From Selaginella moellendorffii (lineage: Eukaryota; Plantae; Lycopodiophyta), in assembly GCF_000143415.4 (NCBI RefSeq), contig NW_003314274.1:817788-881787 (forward strand): DNA of 64,000 nucleotides, given 5' to 3'. This document shows positions 1 to 13,237 of this stretch, piece after piece (positions within the stretch are counted from its first letter, which is position 1; every line of letters starts with the position of its first letter). The translations under genes and the position numbers were made by a program. Below the pieces are notes generated by a model. That model was not told the DNA's origin. It worked only from the letters and a program-made list of their open reading frames with translations, and did not search any database.

Positions 1-1006
1 TTAAATACCATTATATTTTTGCTCCAGGAATTATATGGAGACTTTTCCAATTTAAAATGTATGGCTATTCAACACCTATAATCCATCCTCCTGTTCATCT
101 AGAAAAATTTCAAAATGTCTATTTCATTGAAGGTAATGAGCAAATTGAACTTCAAAGAGCTACTAAAAATGGTACTATATTAACAAAATGGTTTGAATAA
201 ATAGACAATCCAAATGCAAGACAGCATATGTATCTTGAAATTCCTCTATATTATACATATAATAAACACACTCAACAATGGCAAATTAGACATCAATAAA
301 ATATTATCTCATGAATGTATTTTGTTTCCCCATTTAATACTGAACTTTATCATTTACCTCTTATATTACTTTTCAAAAGAGGGGTTTTTTTTTAATGATA
401 TAAAAATATTTCATAATATTTATTTCAAAACATTTCAACTTACTGCATCTACTATGGGACTTCTAACAAATGATACAATATGGGAAAATATTTTAGAAGA
501 TGTTTACTCTTTCAAAATGCCACCACAATTAAGACAACTATTTAGTTTTTATATGATTTTTGTAGTCCAAAAAATCCTTATTCCTTATAGGAAAAATTCA
601 AAAAACTCTTTTTTTAAAGATTTTATGCTAACAGATTCATTACTTTGTTATGAGCATGTTTTACATGATATAAATAGGAAATTTAATCTATATGAAAAAT
701 CCAATCAAGACTATGAATTGCCTTTATTTTATCTAAATTTTGATACAAACAATCATATTAGTTTGACACAGTTCATTCATTCTGTAGAAAAAAATTTACT
801 TCGGTTTAATGATGAATAACAGATTATATATAATGATATCCTCAGCACTATTAACAATCTAACCGAGCAAAATTGATATATTTTCATCGATGGTTCTGGT
901 GGTATTGGTAAAACTTTTCTACTTAACACTCTTATATATATGTTTCAACTTCTAAATGAAAATGTAATTAGTATGGTCTGGACAGGTATTGCAAGCACTT
1001 TACTAC
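1..1006 (+). mobile_element. Helitron Rep/helicase remnant (frameshifted), cut off by an LTR insertion
   Basis: Translations YIFAPGIIWRLFQF..PVHLE..Q.VYF, MPPQLRQLF, Walker A FIDGSGGIGKTFLLN (~883-930) and MVWTGIASTLL (PIF1-like motif Ia) immediately before TGTA at 1007; AT-rich with stops. Confidence 0.9.
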
Positions 1007-4000
1007 TGTAGCACATGTGGTTTTTACCCTTTATCCTATGGTGATTTATCATAGGATAACTATGAAGCAGAACCTAAACCCTTCATGTGCCACGTGTCAC
1101 CTGCCACATGCCACATGCCATGTGTCCAAAGAATAGTGGTGTGGGACTAGAGTTTCAGGGCCTTGGGCCACTGAACAAAGGAACAGTGCCAAACTAGAAC
1201 CAAGGAGTGTTGGCACTAGAGTACGGAATGACTCCCAAGCGTACAACCTAAGGAGCAAAGAGACAGGGGCATAGAGTGACTTGGAACAATCCTAGAGTAT
1301 CCAGCATCCTGATGCTAGGACCAGCATGTAAAACGGAGCCAAACAAAGTTTGGCACTATTTTAACATACTGTAAGCAACCAAAGAGAATGACTCGAGAGA
1401 TGATCTATAAGGGTTCAAATATAAAGGGAAAAAGCTCATGAACAAGAGTGCACCCTCTTTTCCAATTGGTTAAGGGTCTTGGGATAAGCGTCCTTGGGTT
1501 TGAATAGTACTAGACTGGGTGACCTCCCAGGAAGTCTAAACTCAGGAGCTTACATATATCGGTGGCTTAACATGAAGATATAGGTATTTCACCAACTAGC
1601 ATGGTATGGAACTTGGGCTTCGACCCAAGCCACACATAGAACAAGGACAGACATGAAAGTGGGAGCTAAATTATGCCTTAAGTTAGTTGGCCATGCCTAA
1701 CCTACCCACTATCTCTACTATATATATATTTGGAATCCCCCACATCCCCCCCCCCCCCCCCCTCCCCACCTAGAGGAACACACGCTTTGGGCTTTCACCC
1801 CAACCCTCCCTTAGTACCAAGAGTTAGTCTCTAGAACAAGCTCAAAATTTATTAAATATAGAATGTTTTTAAATTGTGAATTTGGACACGGGACAAAGAC
1901 CATTGTGTTCAAAACAATCTCTACATTCCGTAGATATGCCAAATGAGCCCATTTAGACACTTTCCATAAATAGCATTTGGGACCGAAATGAGACTAACAC
2001 AAAGGGGCATGATAGCAAAGGTGTTTAGCAGACACGGTAAGCTATCATTTAGCGATATTAACGGACTAATCTCAATACGCGAGAGTTCTTGTCAAGCCAG
2101 TGCAAGACAGAGCAAAAGAGAACTAAAAAGTCAGGCCAAGTATGCTTGGCTAAATAAACACTTAGGAATTCCGTCCTTATGCTCATTTGGCCAAGTATAG
2201 ATGCAAAGTCCAGTTTACTAACACTTGAATAAGAGGGGTTAATAAAGGGTTCAGCAATATCGACCTCCTACCGTCGTGATAGTAAGGCAAGAATATCCAA
2301 AAGGACTAGCTAATAGGTAACTTTCGATACCCAAAGTGACCAATCTACAGTAGCTACCCTATGACTAAAGATTTCACCATGTACACGAAGTGTCGAAGCC
2401 AATCTACCTATACTAGCCCAAACTCAAAAAGCAATAGATAGACAATATCAAAGTCATAAACAATGATATCTTAGAGACTTAATTATTAGTGAATAGATCT
2501 TATATTAGAACACAAAAGTATTCCAAGTAAGTTATTATCTAATAAACTAGTATTAGCATATAGGAACCACCAATATCATCATAATTGGTAAACATAGGAT
2601 TCACCATCCAACAAAATTCAATAGCCAATGTATCATCAAGGAAACTCAATGATAAGGCTTAACTACCAAAGATTGCAGATAGCATACTAAACAACTTACA
2701 TAAAATAACTCAAAGAACACAAAGTATCATTGACTGATAAGCAAAATGCTCGCGAATGTATCACCTAAAGGAAATAACAACCAACTATAACAATAGTCAA
2801 CAGAATAAAATGAATATTACAAAATAAACAAACATTCATTCATGCCAACCATTGCATAAACCAATTTCAATAGATCCCAGTCAACAACACCAAGGAACTA
2901 GAGTTGCTCAAACAAGCGCTAGCAACATCCTACTGATGTCTCAAACCCAAGAGACCAATCCAGAACAAACCACAAAGAACATGTAGTATTGCGAAAAGCC
3001 ATAAACTATCAAAGAGAATAATTAATTGTCATGAAAGAACATCAATCATCCTATTAATAAAGAGATGCATAATTATCAATGAAAAAAGAATTTTACCATC
3101 CCGAAGAATAGCAAATCATTATAGATCAACAGTAATCAAGCAAAACGTTTTGATAAGGATAATCAACTATCCTAGATGATAGTTAATTATCACCAATGAT
3201 TGCAAGATGTGAAGGTTAACTTCAACATTGAAGTTAATGAGTAAAAATGCCTTTCCTAACAACTTCAAACAAATAGACTAATAAGCATAAAACTCAAAGA
3301 ATTAAAAACTCGAAGAAGCCTATAGCCAAGTCTTGCCTAATAATAATCACAAGTCTTGTATAAACTAACTTCATTCCTAAAGAAGAAATCATGGTCTAAC
3401 CCATAATATCTTTCTCAACAAATCCATAAGTTGAACTTTATAATGCCAAAGCTAATGAAGAGTATGTCTGCATCAATCCAAAAGCTAAACATAACAAAGC
3501 TATACTCAACAAGTGATATTCAAACCGATCCTCCATGAATCCATCTACAGTAAAACATAACTCACTTCATAACAAGTATAAAAAGAATCATCAATTATTG
3601 ATATTTTCTAGCTCAAATCCAATAAGGATTTAAACATTTCAATATCAATCACTAATTCTTCCTCTCGTAAAGCTAGCGTAGTCTCATAACTAAATCACTT
3701 TTCAAGGAAAAGCCAAAGCTCAACCCCTACTAAACAATCTTGTCTAGAACACAATTAGCTTAATTTGCTACTTAGTTCATTTGAACGTCAATATAGTTGC
3801 TAACTAGTAAATGCACGAATGTTAATAACACAAAGCTACAACCAAATCATCAACACTATTTACATCGAGACTAATGAAACTCAATATCAATCCTACAGAA
3901 AGACATCTCATTTCACTCAATTCTCAATAACAACAATGTCAACAATAAGACATCACTTCAATGCCATCAACACCATAACAAAGCTAGAAGAAAGCAAGAG

Positions 4001-5823
4001 TGAATCACCACCTAAACCTCTTTAATAACCAAACTAACCAAAGTCGAAGATATTATATTTAGTATCCGAGACCAGTTCTTCAACAATACTCAACTACAAA
4101 TAACACATCATTAAGGAACGAATCACCACATCTAAGACTCAATGAAATTCAACACCACAAAATAAATGCAACCAAATGATATCAACAGAGGTATAGTCAA
4201 TATGCCAATATGGAAAAACAATGCAAGTCTAACGACATGATCCTCCGCAACACGATCCAGTAAAGCAAGTCTATCACCAGTAAATCGTCATCAAGTGAGG
4301 CAAGTGTTAACAGCCCTTGATGAAGTTTACAAGCAATCACTAGTTGTAAAGCAAGTAACAATCACTTTTCAACTTGCCTTCACAAGACCCAAACACTAAA
4401 CTCACGTCATTGAGTCGTATACTTATCCAACATGAATGTAATACCCTAGGTATGAGATAAGGGTTCATAGACAAGCACAAACTAAATGACTACTCGAATC
4501 CAACTCAACTACAATAAACTCACTAATGCGTTTAACCAATAGCTCTAAGCATGCCTTGAAGAGGCTAGATGCATGATCAACATTTAGTCTAAATAAAGTG
4601 AAGACCATGAGATAGACTACCTCCTTATAGACAAAGCTATAGTACAAGTACCAATATCTTAACCTTAAACAATTAAGTTGGACATCACTATCCTCAGCCA
4701 AGGTGTAAGGTTACCAAGACCAAATCAAGATCAGTGAGAGCTCACTACTCTCATAGAGTTTAACAAAATGTAAGGTGCAACCTACCACCAAGCACAATGT
4801 TACAATAAAAAGGCACCAAAGGTCACCTTAGGCCACTAAATAAGGAATGGAGCCAAACTCCCAAGCATAGAGCTAAGGAGCAATGGCATTGGAGCACAAA
4901 ATGACTCTCGAGCATACAGCCTAAGGAGTGAAAGGATAGGTACGCAGAGTGACCTAGAATAATCCTAGAGTATTTAGCATCCCAATGCCAAGACCAGTAC
5001 GCAAAACAGAGATAAATGAAGTCTGGCCATTTTAGCATACTAATGGCCTAATACAAGGATATAGGTACTCCACCAGCTAGCATGGTGTAAAACTTGGGCT
5101 TAGACCCAAGCCGGATGCAGAATAAAGACAAGCACGCAAGCAGGAGCTAGATTATCTTTTAGGTTGGTTGGCCATGCTCAACCTACCCACTATCCCTACT
5201 ATACATTTGGAACCCCCTATAGCCCCTCCCCCCTTGAGGAACACATGCTTTGGGCTTTCACCTTTAGTACTAGGAGTTAATCTCTGGGATAAACTCAAAA
5301 TTTACTAAATATGGAATGTCTCTAATTTGTGAATTTCGATACGGGACGAACACCATTGTATTCAAGACAATCTTTACATTCCATAGATATGCCAAATAAC
5401 CAAATCTAAAAACTTTCCATAAATAGCATTTATGACTAGAATGAGACTAACATAAAGGGCATTATAGAAAGGGTGTTTGGTAGACACGGTAAGGTATCAT
5501 CCAGCAATATTGAGGGACTAATCTCAATACACAAGGGTTCTTGTCAAGCCAGTGCAAGACAGAGCAAAAGCGAACTAAGAGCTAGGCCAAGTATGCTTAG
5601 CAAGAAATATATAGGAGTTCCTACCTTATGTCCATCTGGCTAAGTACAGGTACTAAGCTTAGTTTACTAACACTTGATAAAGGGAATTAGTAATACCAAC
5701 CTTTTGCCGTCATAGCAGTAAAGAAAGAATATCTGAAAGGACTAGCTGATAGATGACTTTCAATACCTGAAGTCACATTCATGACACTCTCCCCCCTTAA
5801 GGAAGATTAACGTCCTCGTCGAT
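1007..5823 (-). mobile_element. Older, deleted copies of the non-coding LTR element: LTR (1007-~2340), internal part (~2340-4820), partial LTR (~4825-5787), PPT region
   Basis: Colinear similarity to 5962-7107 (LTR) and ~7550-10040 (internal), with many C>T/G>A changes; starts TGTAGCAC; second LTR ends ..CATTCATGACA followed by CTCTCCCCCC (PPT on minus strand). Confidence 0.88.
1370..1554 (+). mobile_element. Cassandra-like TRIM solo LTR containing a 5S rRNA-derived segment
   Basis: 185-bp insertion absent from the homologous LTR at 5962-7107; termini TGTAAGC...GCTTACA; degenerate 5-bp TSD CATAC/TATAT; AAGCGTCCTTGGGTTTGAATAGTACTAGACTGGGTGACCTCCCAGGAAGTC (~1487-1536) resembles the A-box/IE/C-box region of plant 5S rRNA. 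Confidence 0.85.
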
Positions 5824-5961
5824 TGTGGTGCATATGATCATGGGATGAAATTTAAATATACTGTCACTGTGGATTTTTGGAACCTTGGGAGATAAATGAA
5901 GATAAAATAGCCACTAAAGGCTCCTCATCAAGCAATTACCCCTTTTTCAGGTGGCTTAAGG

Positions 5962-7107
5962 TGTAGCGCACGTGGTTTTGACCCTTTATCCTATGGTGAT
6001 TTACCATAGGATAACACCACGAAGCGGAACCTAAACCCTCTTTGTGCCACGTGACAGATGCCACGTGTCACATACCACGTGTCCGTGCCACGTGTCCATA
6101 GGAACCCGAGGTTCAGGGCCTTGGGCCACTGAACGAAGGAACAGTGCCAAACTCCCAAGCGTGACGCCAAGGAGTGATGGAACTGGACCACGGAGCAACT
6201 CCCGAGCATATAGCCCAAGGAGCGAAGGGACAGGGGCCCGGAGCGACTTGGAACAGTCCTAGAGCAACCAGCATCCCAATGCCAGGACCAGCACGCAAAA
6301 CGGAGCCAAACGGAGTCTGGCGCTATTTCGGCATACCGGTGGCCTAACGTGAGAATATGGGTACTCCACCAACTAGCATGGAATGGAACTTGGGCTTAGA
6401 CCCAAGCCGGACGCAGAACAAGGACAGGCACGCAAGCGGGAGCTAGACTATGCCTCAGGTTGGTCGGCCATGCCCGACCTACCCACTATCCCTACTATAC
6501 ATTTGGAACCCCCCATAGCCCCCCCCCCTTGAGGAACACACGCTTTGGGCTTTCACCCCAAGCCTCCCTTAGTATCAGGAGTTAGTCTCTGGGACAAACT
6601 CGAAACTTACTAAATATGGAATGTCCTTAGATTGTGAATTTGGACACGGGACGAACACCATTGTGTTCAGGCCGATCTCTGCATTCCGTAGATATGCCAA
6701 ATGAGCAAATCTGGACACTTTCCATAAATAGCATTTGGGACCGAAATGAGACTAACACAAAGGGCATGATAGCGAGGGTGTTTGGCAGACACGGTAAGCT
6801 ATCATCCAGCGATATTGAGGGACCAATCTCAATATGCGAGGGTTCTTGTCAAGCCAGTGCAAGACAGAGCAAAAGAGAACTAACAAGCCGGGCCGAGTAT
6901 GCTCAGCTAAATAGACACTTAGGAATTCCTTCCTTATGCTCATCCGGCCAAGTACAGATGCAAAGTCCAGTTTACTAACACTTGAACAAGAGGGACTAAT
7001 AAAGGGTCCAGCAATACCGACCTCCTGCCATCGTGGCAGTAAGGAAAAAGTGTCCGTAAGGACTGGTCGACAGGTAACTTTCGATACCCGAAGTCACATT
7101 CGCGACA
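5962..7107 (-). repeat. 3' LTR (1146 bp) of the young element
   Basis: Near-identical to 12077-13209; adjacent to the PPT. Confidence 0.95.
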
Positions 7108-10100
7108 CTCTCCCCCCCTTGGGGAAGATCGACGTCCTCGTCGATGCATACTCGAGTCTAGAATACCGCCAAGGAAACAACTCCATAAAAAGTTCACGGT
7201 ACTCACACTATATGAGAAATGCACCAACTTAAATGAGTTAAGGGGGTAACCTCTTTGTCTAACGCGGATGCGCTACCAGCTCAGACACCTCCCGGCCGTC
7301 GCCGACAAGGAAATGACCAACGGAGTCAGCCACCCTTGCTGCTCTGGGCGTCACCCAGCTACAAAAGTGTGATATGCCCTGCCCGCAGGAACATAGAGAG
7401 AGAAGCCAGAGGCCCCAACCCTCCTGAGCAAAGAAACCAAACCCGTCGGTAAGGTTTAGATAGACTACTGTCAACAGGCAGTTTAGAGTTGTTTACACGG
7501 TCACGCCCTTTCACGGAATAAGGAACATCGACAGAGAGGCGGGTTATATGACCAGTCGACAGTAGCTACCCCATGACTAGAGATTTCACCATGCACACGA
7601 AGTGCCGAAGCCAGTCTGCCTATACTGGCCCAAACTCAAAGATCAATATATATGGACTATATCAAAGTCATAAACAATGATATCTGAGAAGCTTAATTAC
7701 TAGTGATTATATCTTAGAGTAGAACACAAAAGTATTCTAAGCAAGTTATCATCCGATAAACCAGTAGTATTGTAGATAGGAACCACCAACATCATCATAA
7801 TTTGGCAAACACAGGAATGACCATCCAACAAAATTCAATAGCTAGTATATTATCAAAGAAACTCAATGATGGAACTTAATTACCGAAGATAGTAGACAGT
7901 AAGCCAACAACTTACTAGAGAGAACTCAAAGAACACAAAGTATCATTGACTAACAAGCACAATGCTCGCGAATGTATCACCCAAAGGAAATAACATCCAA
8001 ATCTATCAAAACTAACTCGAGCAACAATCAACAGAAGAGAATGAATGTGGAAAGACCAACAAACACTCATGCCTGCCAACTATCACAAAAGCCAATCTGA
8101 ATAGATCCCAGCCAACAATACCAAGGAACTCAAGTTGCCTAAGCAAGTGTCAGCAACATCCTACTGACGTCTCAAACCCAAGAGACCAATCCAGAGCAAA
8201 CCACAAAGAACATGTGGTATTGCGAAAAGCCAAAAGCCATCAAAGAGAACAACCAACTATCATGAAAGATCGTCAATCATCCCATCAATAAAGAGATGCA
8301 TAATCGTCATTGAAGAAAGAATCCACCATCCTAAAGAATAGCAAATCATTCTAGATCAACGATAAGCAAGCAAAACCTTCGACAAGGATAATCAACTTTC
8401 GTAGATGATAGTTAATCATCACCAATGATTGCTAGATGCAAAAGCCAACTTCAACATCGAAGCTAATGAGCCAAAATGCCTTCCCCCAACAACTTCAAAC
8501 AAATGGAACAATGAGCATAAAACTCAAGGAACCGAAAGTTCAAAGAAGTCTATAGCCAAGTCTTGTCTAACAATGATCACGAGTCACATAGAAGCTAACT
8601 TCAATGCTAAAGAAGAAATCATGGTGCAACCCACAATATCTTCCTCAACACATCCATAAGCCAAACTTCATAATACCAAAGCTAATGAAGAGCATTTCTG
8701 CATCAATCCAAAAGCTAAGTATAACGAAGCTATGCTCAACAAGTGATCATCAAATGATCCTCCATGAATCCATCTACAGCAAGACGTAACTCACCTCATA
8801 ACAAGCACAAGAAAAATCATTAATGATTGATATATCTCAATTGAAATCCAAGAAGGATTCAATCACTTCAATGCCAATCACTAACTCTTCCTTTTATAGA
8901 GGTAGCATTGTTCACGACTAAATCACTTTTCAAGGAAAAGCTAAAGCTCAACTTCAACTAAGCAATCTCGTCTAGAACACAACTAACCCAAACTTGCCAC
9001 TCAGTTCATTTGAACGTCAACACAGTTGCTAACTAGCAAATGCATGAATGCCAACAACACAAAGTTATAGCCAAATCATCAACACTATATTCATCAAGAC
9101 TAATGAAACTCAATATCAATCCTTGGAAGGATATCTCATTTCACTCAGATCTCAATATCAACAATATCAATGACAAGGCATCACTTTAATGGCATCAACA
9201 CCAGGACAAAGCTAGAAGAAAGCACGAGTGAATCACCACTCAAAACTCTCCAGCAACCAAGCTAACCAAAGTCGAAGATACTTTAGTCAGTATCTGAGAC
9301 CAATCCTTCAACAAAACTCAGTTACAGATAACACTTCATCAAGGAGTGATTCACCACGTCCAAAACTTAATGAAATCCAACACCACGAACTAAATGCAAC
9401 CAAATGATATCAACATGGAAAAACCATGTAAGTCTAACGACACGATCCTCCGCAACACCATCCGGTAAAGCAAACCTATCATTGCTAAATCATCATCGAG
9501 TGAAGCAAGTGTCAACAGTCTTTTGACAAAGTCTACAAGCAATCATTAGTCGCAAAGCAACTAACAATCACTCTTTCAACTTGTCTTTACAAGACCCAAA
9601 CACTAAACTCACGTCATCGAGTCATACACTTGTCCAACATGAACATGATACCTTCGGTATGAGATAAAAGTTCATTGACAAGCACAAACTAAATGACCAC
9701 TCGAATCCAACTCAACTGCAATAAGCTCACCAATGCATTTAGCCAATAGCTCTGAGCATGCTTTGAAGAGGCTAGCTATGCATGATCAACACTCAGCTGA
9801 AACTAAAGTGAAGACCATGAGATGGATCTATATTGGTACACAACCTCCTCATAGACAAAGCTATAGTATGGGTACCAACATCTCAAACTCAAACAACTAA
9901 GTTGGACATCACCATCCTCAGCCAAGGCGGAAGGCCACCAAGACCAAGTCAAGATCAGTGAGAGTTCACTACTCTCATAGAGTCTAATGAAATGCAAGGT
10001 GCAACCTACCACCAAGCAGAACACTATAGAAGACAGGCACAAGGGTCACCTTTCTTAGAAAAGCGCAACGGCCACTTTTCTACACCAACTCCAGACTCTA

Positions 10101-12076
10101 TCCAACTCAATTGCCTTAGCCCCAAAAGTCAGCATCCCTTTTGGGTTGCATCATACAAACTACCTACCAAGGTCTAAGCTAACCGAAGTCAACTCCAACC
10201 CCTTCACTAGTTTGTACTGGCCTACGAAAACGGAATGGTTTTCGGACAAAATGATCAATAGATTAGCCATTGGAAAAGTCTAAGAAAATTTGTGGAAAAT
10301 TTCCCATCCTAGATAAAGAATGACTCTCAGTCCAGGATTGCAAACTTTCAAGACTTCACCAACTTCCTCCTACCAACAACTTCACATAGGCTCACCTCAA
10401 CACAAATTCTCATGATCGAACAACATGCTTAAGCATCGAACATCTTTGTCCATATAACCGACATCCAACACTGACATCCGCAAAGTGCAAAATGAACATC
10501 CAAGGCTTGATCACGAAGACCACATCTTCGGATATCCATATTGCACTAACACTCTTCTTCAATCACCTTCAAGATCCAATGTGAAGCCAAAACACTAACA
10601 AGAAAAATGACATGGAAAATCAAGCTCTAAGGAAAATTCCTCATCACTCGAATCAACAATGCCACTTCCACTAACACAAGTGCTAGTGATGTCAATGCCC
10701 CAACTACACATCTTCTCCATCCAACAATCTACTCCAAGTGCTAACGGATCAACTGACAAGCTATAGCAAATGAATGCTACAACCCATTCCCAACACCTAA
10801 TGGGCAAACTCAAGGAAACAAGGTACCAACATAAGCTTAGCATAATGGACCACCATTGAGAATCCAGTCAAAGCTACTACAATGCTACTTCGTGCAAGTA
10901 GACTAGCTTCTCCATCAACCACTTTGGGGTTGATTATCATTTACCCAAGCAACTTCGTAAACACATTGCTCTTTATCACATGGATATGATATAAGCATCA
11001 CAATGACTTGATCATCAATTGAGTAACACAATGAGCAATGCCTATGTCATTACTTCAAACGTTTATGTGAGTATCAAATGCCAACTCGATTCGACAAAAT
11101 GCAACATAAATGCCACACTCCACCAATAGAGGTTTACGACACCCAACACCACTAACTTTTTTTCACAACACGGACAAGCTCATGCCACTCTCTTTCCGAC
11201 CAAACTCAACACTAATCCAACACCAAGCTACTCAAGGAGCAATAGCAAGGTTCCCCGGAAAAGAATTGAGCATTGCAACCCAAGTCTTCCAATAGCAAGC
11301 TTAGACAAAATGGTTAGCATTTCACCACTATCCATCCCACAACTCACCATTGTAAGACCACCATCTCCAACATGCGTCAAGATAGGGACTCTTGATTGCA
11401 TGATGTGAACACAAGCAATGAGTTAACACCTCGTTGCAAATCATCTCTCCAAGAAGAGAAAATGATTTACGTGTTTGATCCTTCGTCCCCGATGACTCTC
11501 TTTTCGGTCTCATCTTTGACCAAACCTCAAACTTGCTTTCGCACTGCCTTCAGTTCAATCGAAGAAAAGTTTATAAGAGAGCACGGCCATGACTATTTGA
11601 ACCAATAGACTAATCCCTTATAGTCTTGATTGATCCACTTATAATCATGCCTAGGAAGGATCCACTAGTGCCGTGCTAAACAGCTACGGACCAGCCTATT
11701 TGCCACTCATAGCAAACTCAGGGAAAGTTTACTTTCACCCACGGTACATGGAACAACTCATGGAACCACCGATAGGCTAACATTAATCCTGCCAACTCAA
11801 AGTGTAACCTCGAGTTGCTAATGTGCCTCACTCACGAGCTCAAGCTTAAACTCGTGCTACCGGAACAACTCAAATCCATCCTATGAGCCCAAGCGCAAGC
11901 TCACATCATAAGGTACAATAAGGTAACAATATCCATACCCAAGGAACCAATTGCGAAGCCTTTGCACCCAAACGTGTACCCACTCGGATCATCGTTTTCA
12001 TCTCTGCGTATGCAACAAGACTAGTTGCCCAATCTCATTGAATAGTACTCGCTGAGACTCATTCTCTGATACCAAA

Positions 12077-13209
12077 TGTAGCGCACGTGGTTTTGACCCT
12101 TTATCCTATGGTGATTTACCATAGGATAACACCACGAAGCGGAACCTAAACCCTCTTTGTGCCACGTGACAGATGCCACGTGTCACATACCACGTGTCCG
12201 TGCCACGTGTCCATAGGAACCCGAGGTTCAGGGCCTTGGGCCACTGAACGAAGGAACAGTGCCAAACTCCCAAGCGTGATGCCAAGGAGTGATGGAACTG
12301 GACCACGGAGCAACTCCCGAGCATATAGCCCAAGGAGCGAAGGGACAGGGGCCCGGAGCGACTTGGAACAGTCCTAGAGCAACCAGCATCCCAATGCCAG
12401 GACCAGCACGCAAAACGGAGCCAAACGGAGTCTGGCGCTATTTCGGCATACCGGTGGCCTAACGTGAGAATATGGGTACTCCACCAACTAGCATGGAATG
12501 GAACTTGGGCTTAGACCCAAGCCAGACGCAGAACAAGGACAGGCACGCAAGCGGGAGCTAGACTATGCCTCAGGTTGGTCGGCCATGCCCGACCTACCCA
12601 CTATCCCTACTATACATTTGGAACCCCCGATAGCCCCCCCCCCTTGAGGAACACACGCTTTGGGCTTTCACCCCAAGCCTCCCTTAGTATCAGGAGTTAG
12701 TCTCTGGGACAAACTCGAAACTTACTAAATATGGAATGTCCTTAGATTGTGAATTTGGACACGGGATGAACACCATTGTGTTCAGGCCGATCTCTGCATT
12801 CCGTAGATATGCCAAATGAGCAAATCTGGACACTTTCCATAAATAGCATTTGGGACCGAAATGAGACTAACACAAAGGGCATGATAGCGAGGGTGTTTGG
12901 CAGACACGGTAAGCTATCATCCAGCGATATTGAGGGACCAATCTCAATATGCGAGCCAGTGCAAGACAGAGCAAAAGAGAACTAACAAGCCGGGCCGAGT
13001 ATGCTCAGCTAAATAGACACTTAGGAATTCCTTCCTTATGCTCATCCGGCCAAGTACAGATGCAAAGTCCAGTTTACTAACACTTGAACAAGAGGGACTA
13101 ATAAAGGGTCCAGCAATACCGACCTCCTGCCATCGTGGCAGTAAGGAAAGAGTGTCCGTAAGGACTGGTCGACAGGTAACTTTCGATACCCGAAGTCACA
13201 TTCGCGACA
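12077..13209 (-). repeat. 5' LTR (1133 bp) of the young element
   Basis: Near-identical to 5962-7107 apart from a 13-bp deletion (GGTTCTTGTCAAG) and about 5 substitutions counted by eye; adjacent to the PBS. Confidence 0.95.
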
Positions 13210-13237
13210 TAAGGGGAGAAAAATAAAGTACGCTACA

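Larger units (their letters stand above)
5962..13209 (-). mobile_element. Intact non-autonomous LTR retrotransposon (LARD-like), 7248 bp
   Basis: LTRs at 5962-7107 and 12077-13209 with TG..CA ends; perfect TSD TAAGG (5957-5961 and 13210-13214); tRNA-iMet PBS TGGTATCAGAG on minus at ~12064-12074; PPT GGGGGGGAGAG on minus at ~7108-7118; no long ORF or gag/pol motif seen in the ~5-kb interior. Confidence 0.95.
5824..13237 (+). mobile_element. TRIM solo LTR split into two pieces (5824-5961 and 13210-13237) by the young LTR element
   Basis: The joined halves are the reverse complement of the 162-bp LTRs at 14188-14349 and 14702-14863; TGT..ACA ends; degenerate TSD TCGAT/TTGAC. Confidence 0.85.

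Noticed and set aside
1487-1536. Functional 5S rRNA gene
   Set aside because: Only the central ~50 nt match; both ends and the T-run terminator are absent, and it lies inside an LTR.
5991-7474. Short ORFs duplicated at ~6-7 kb and ~12-13 kb as genes
   Set aside because: They are incidental frames within the two LTRs and show no domain motifs.
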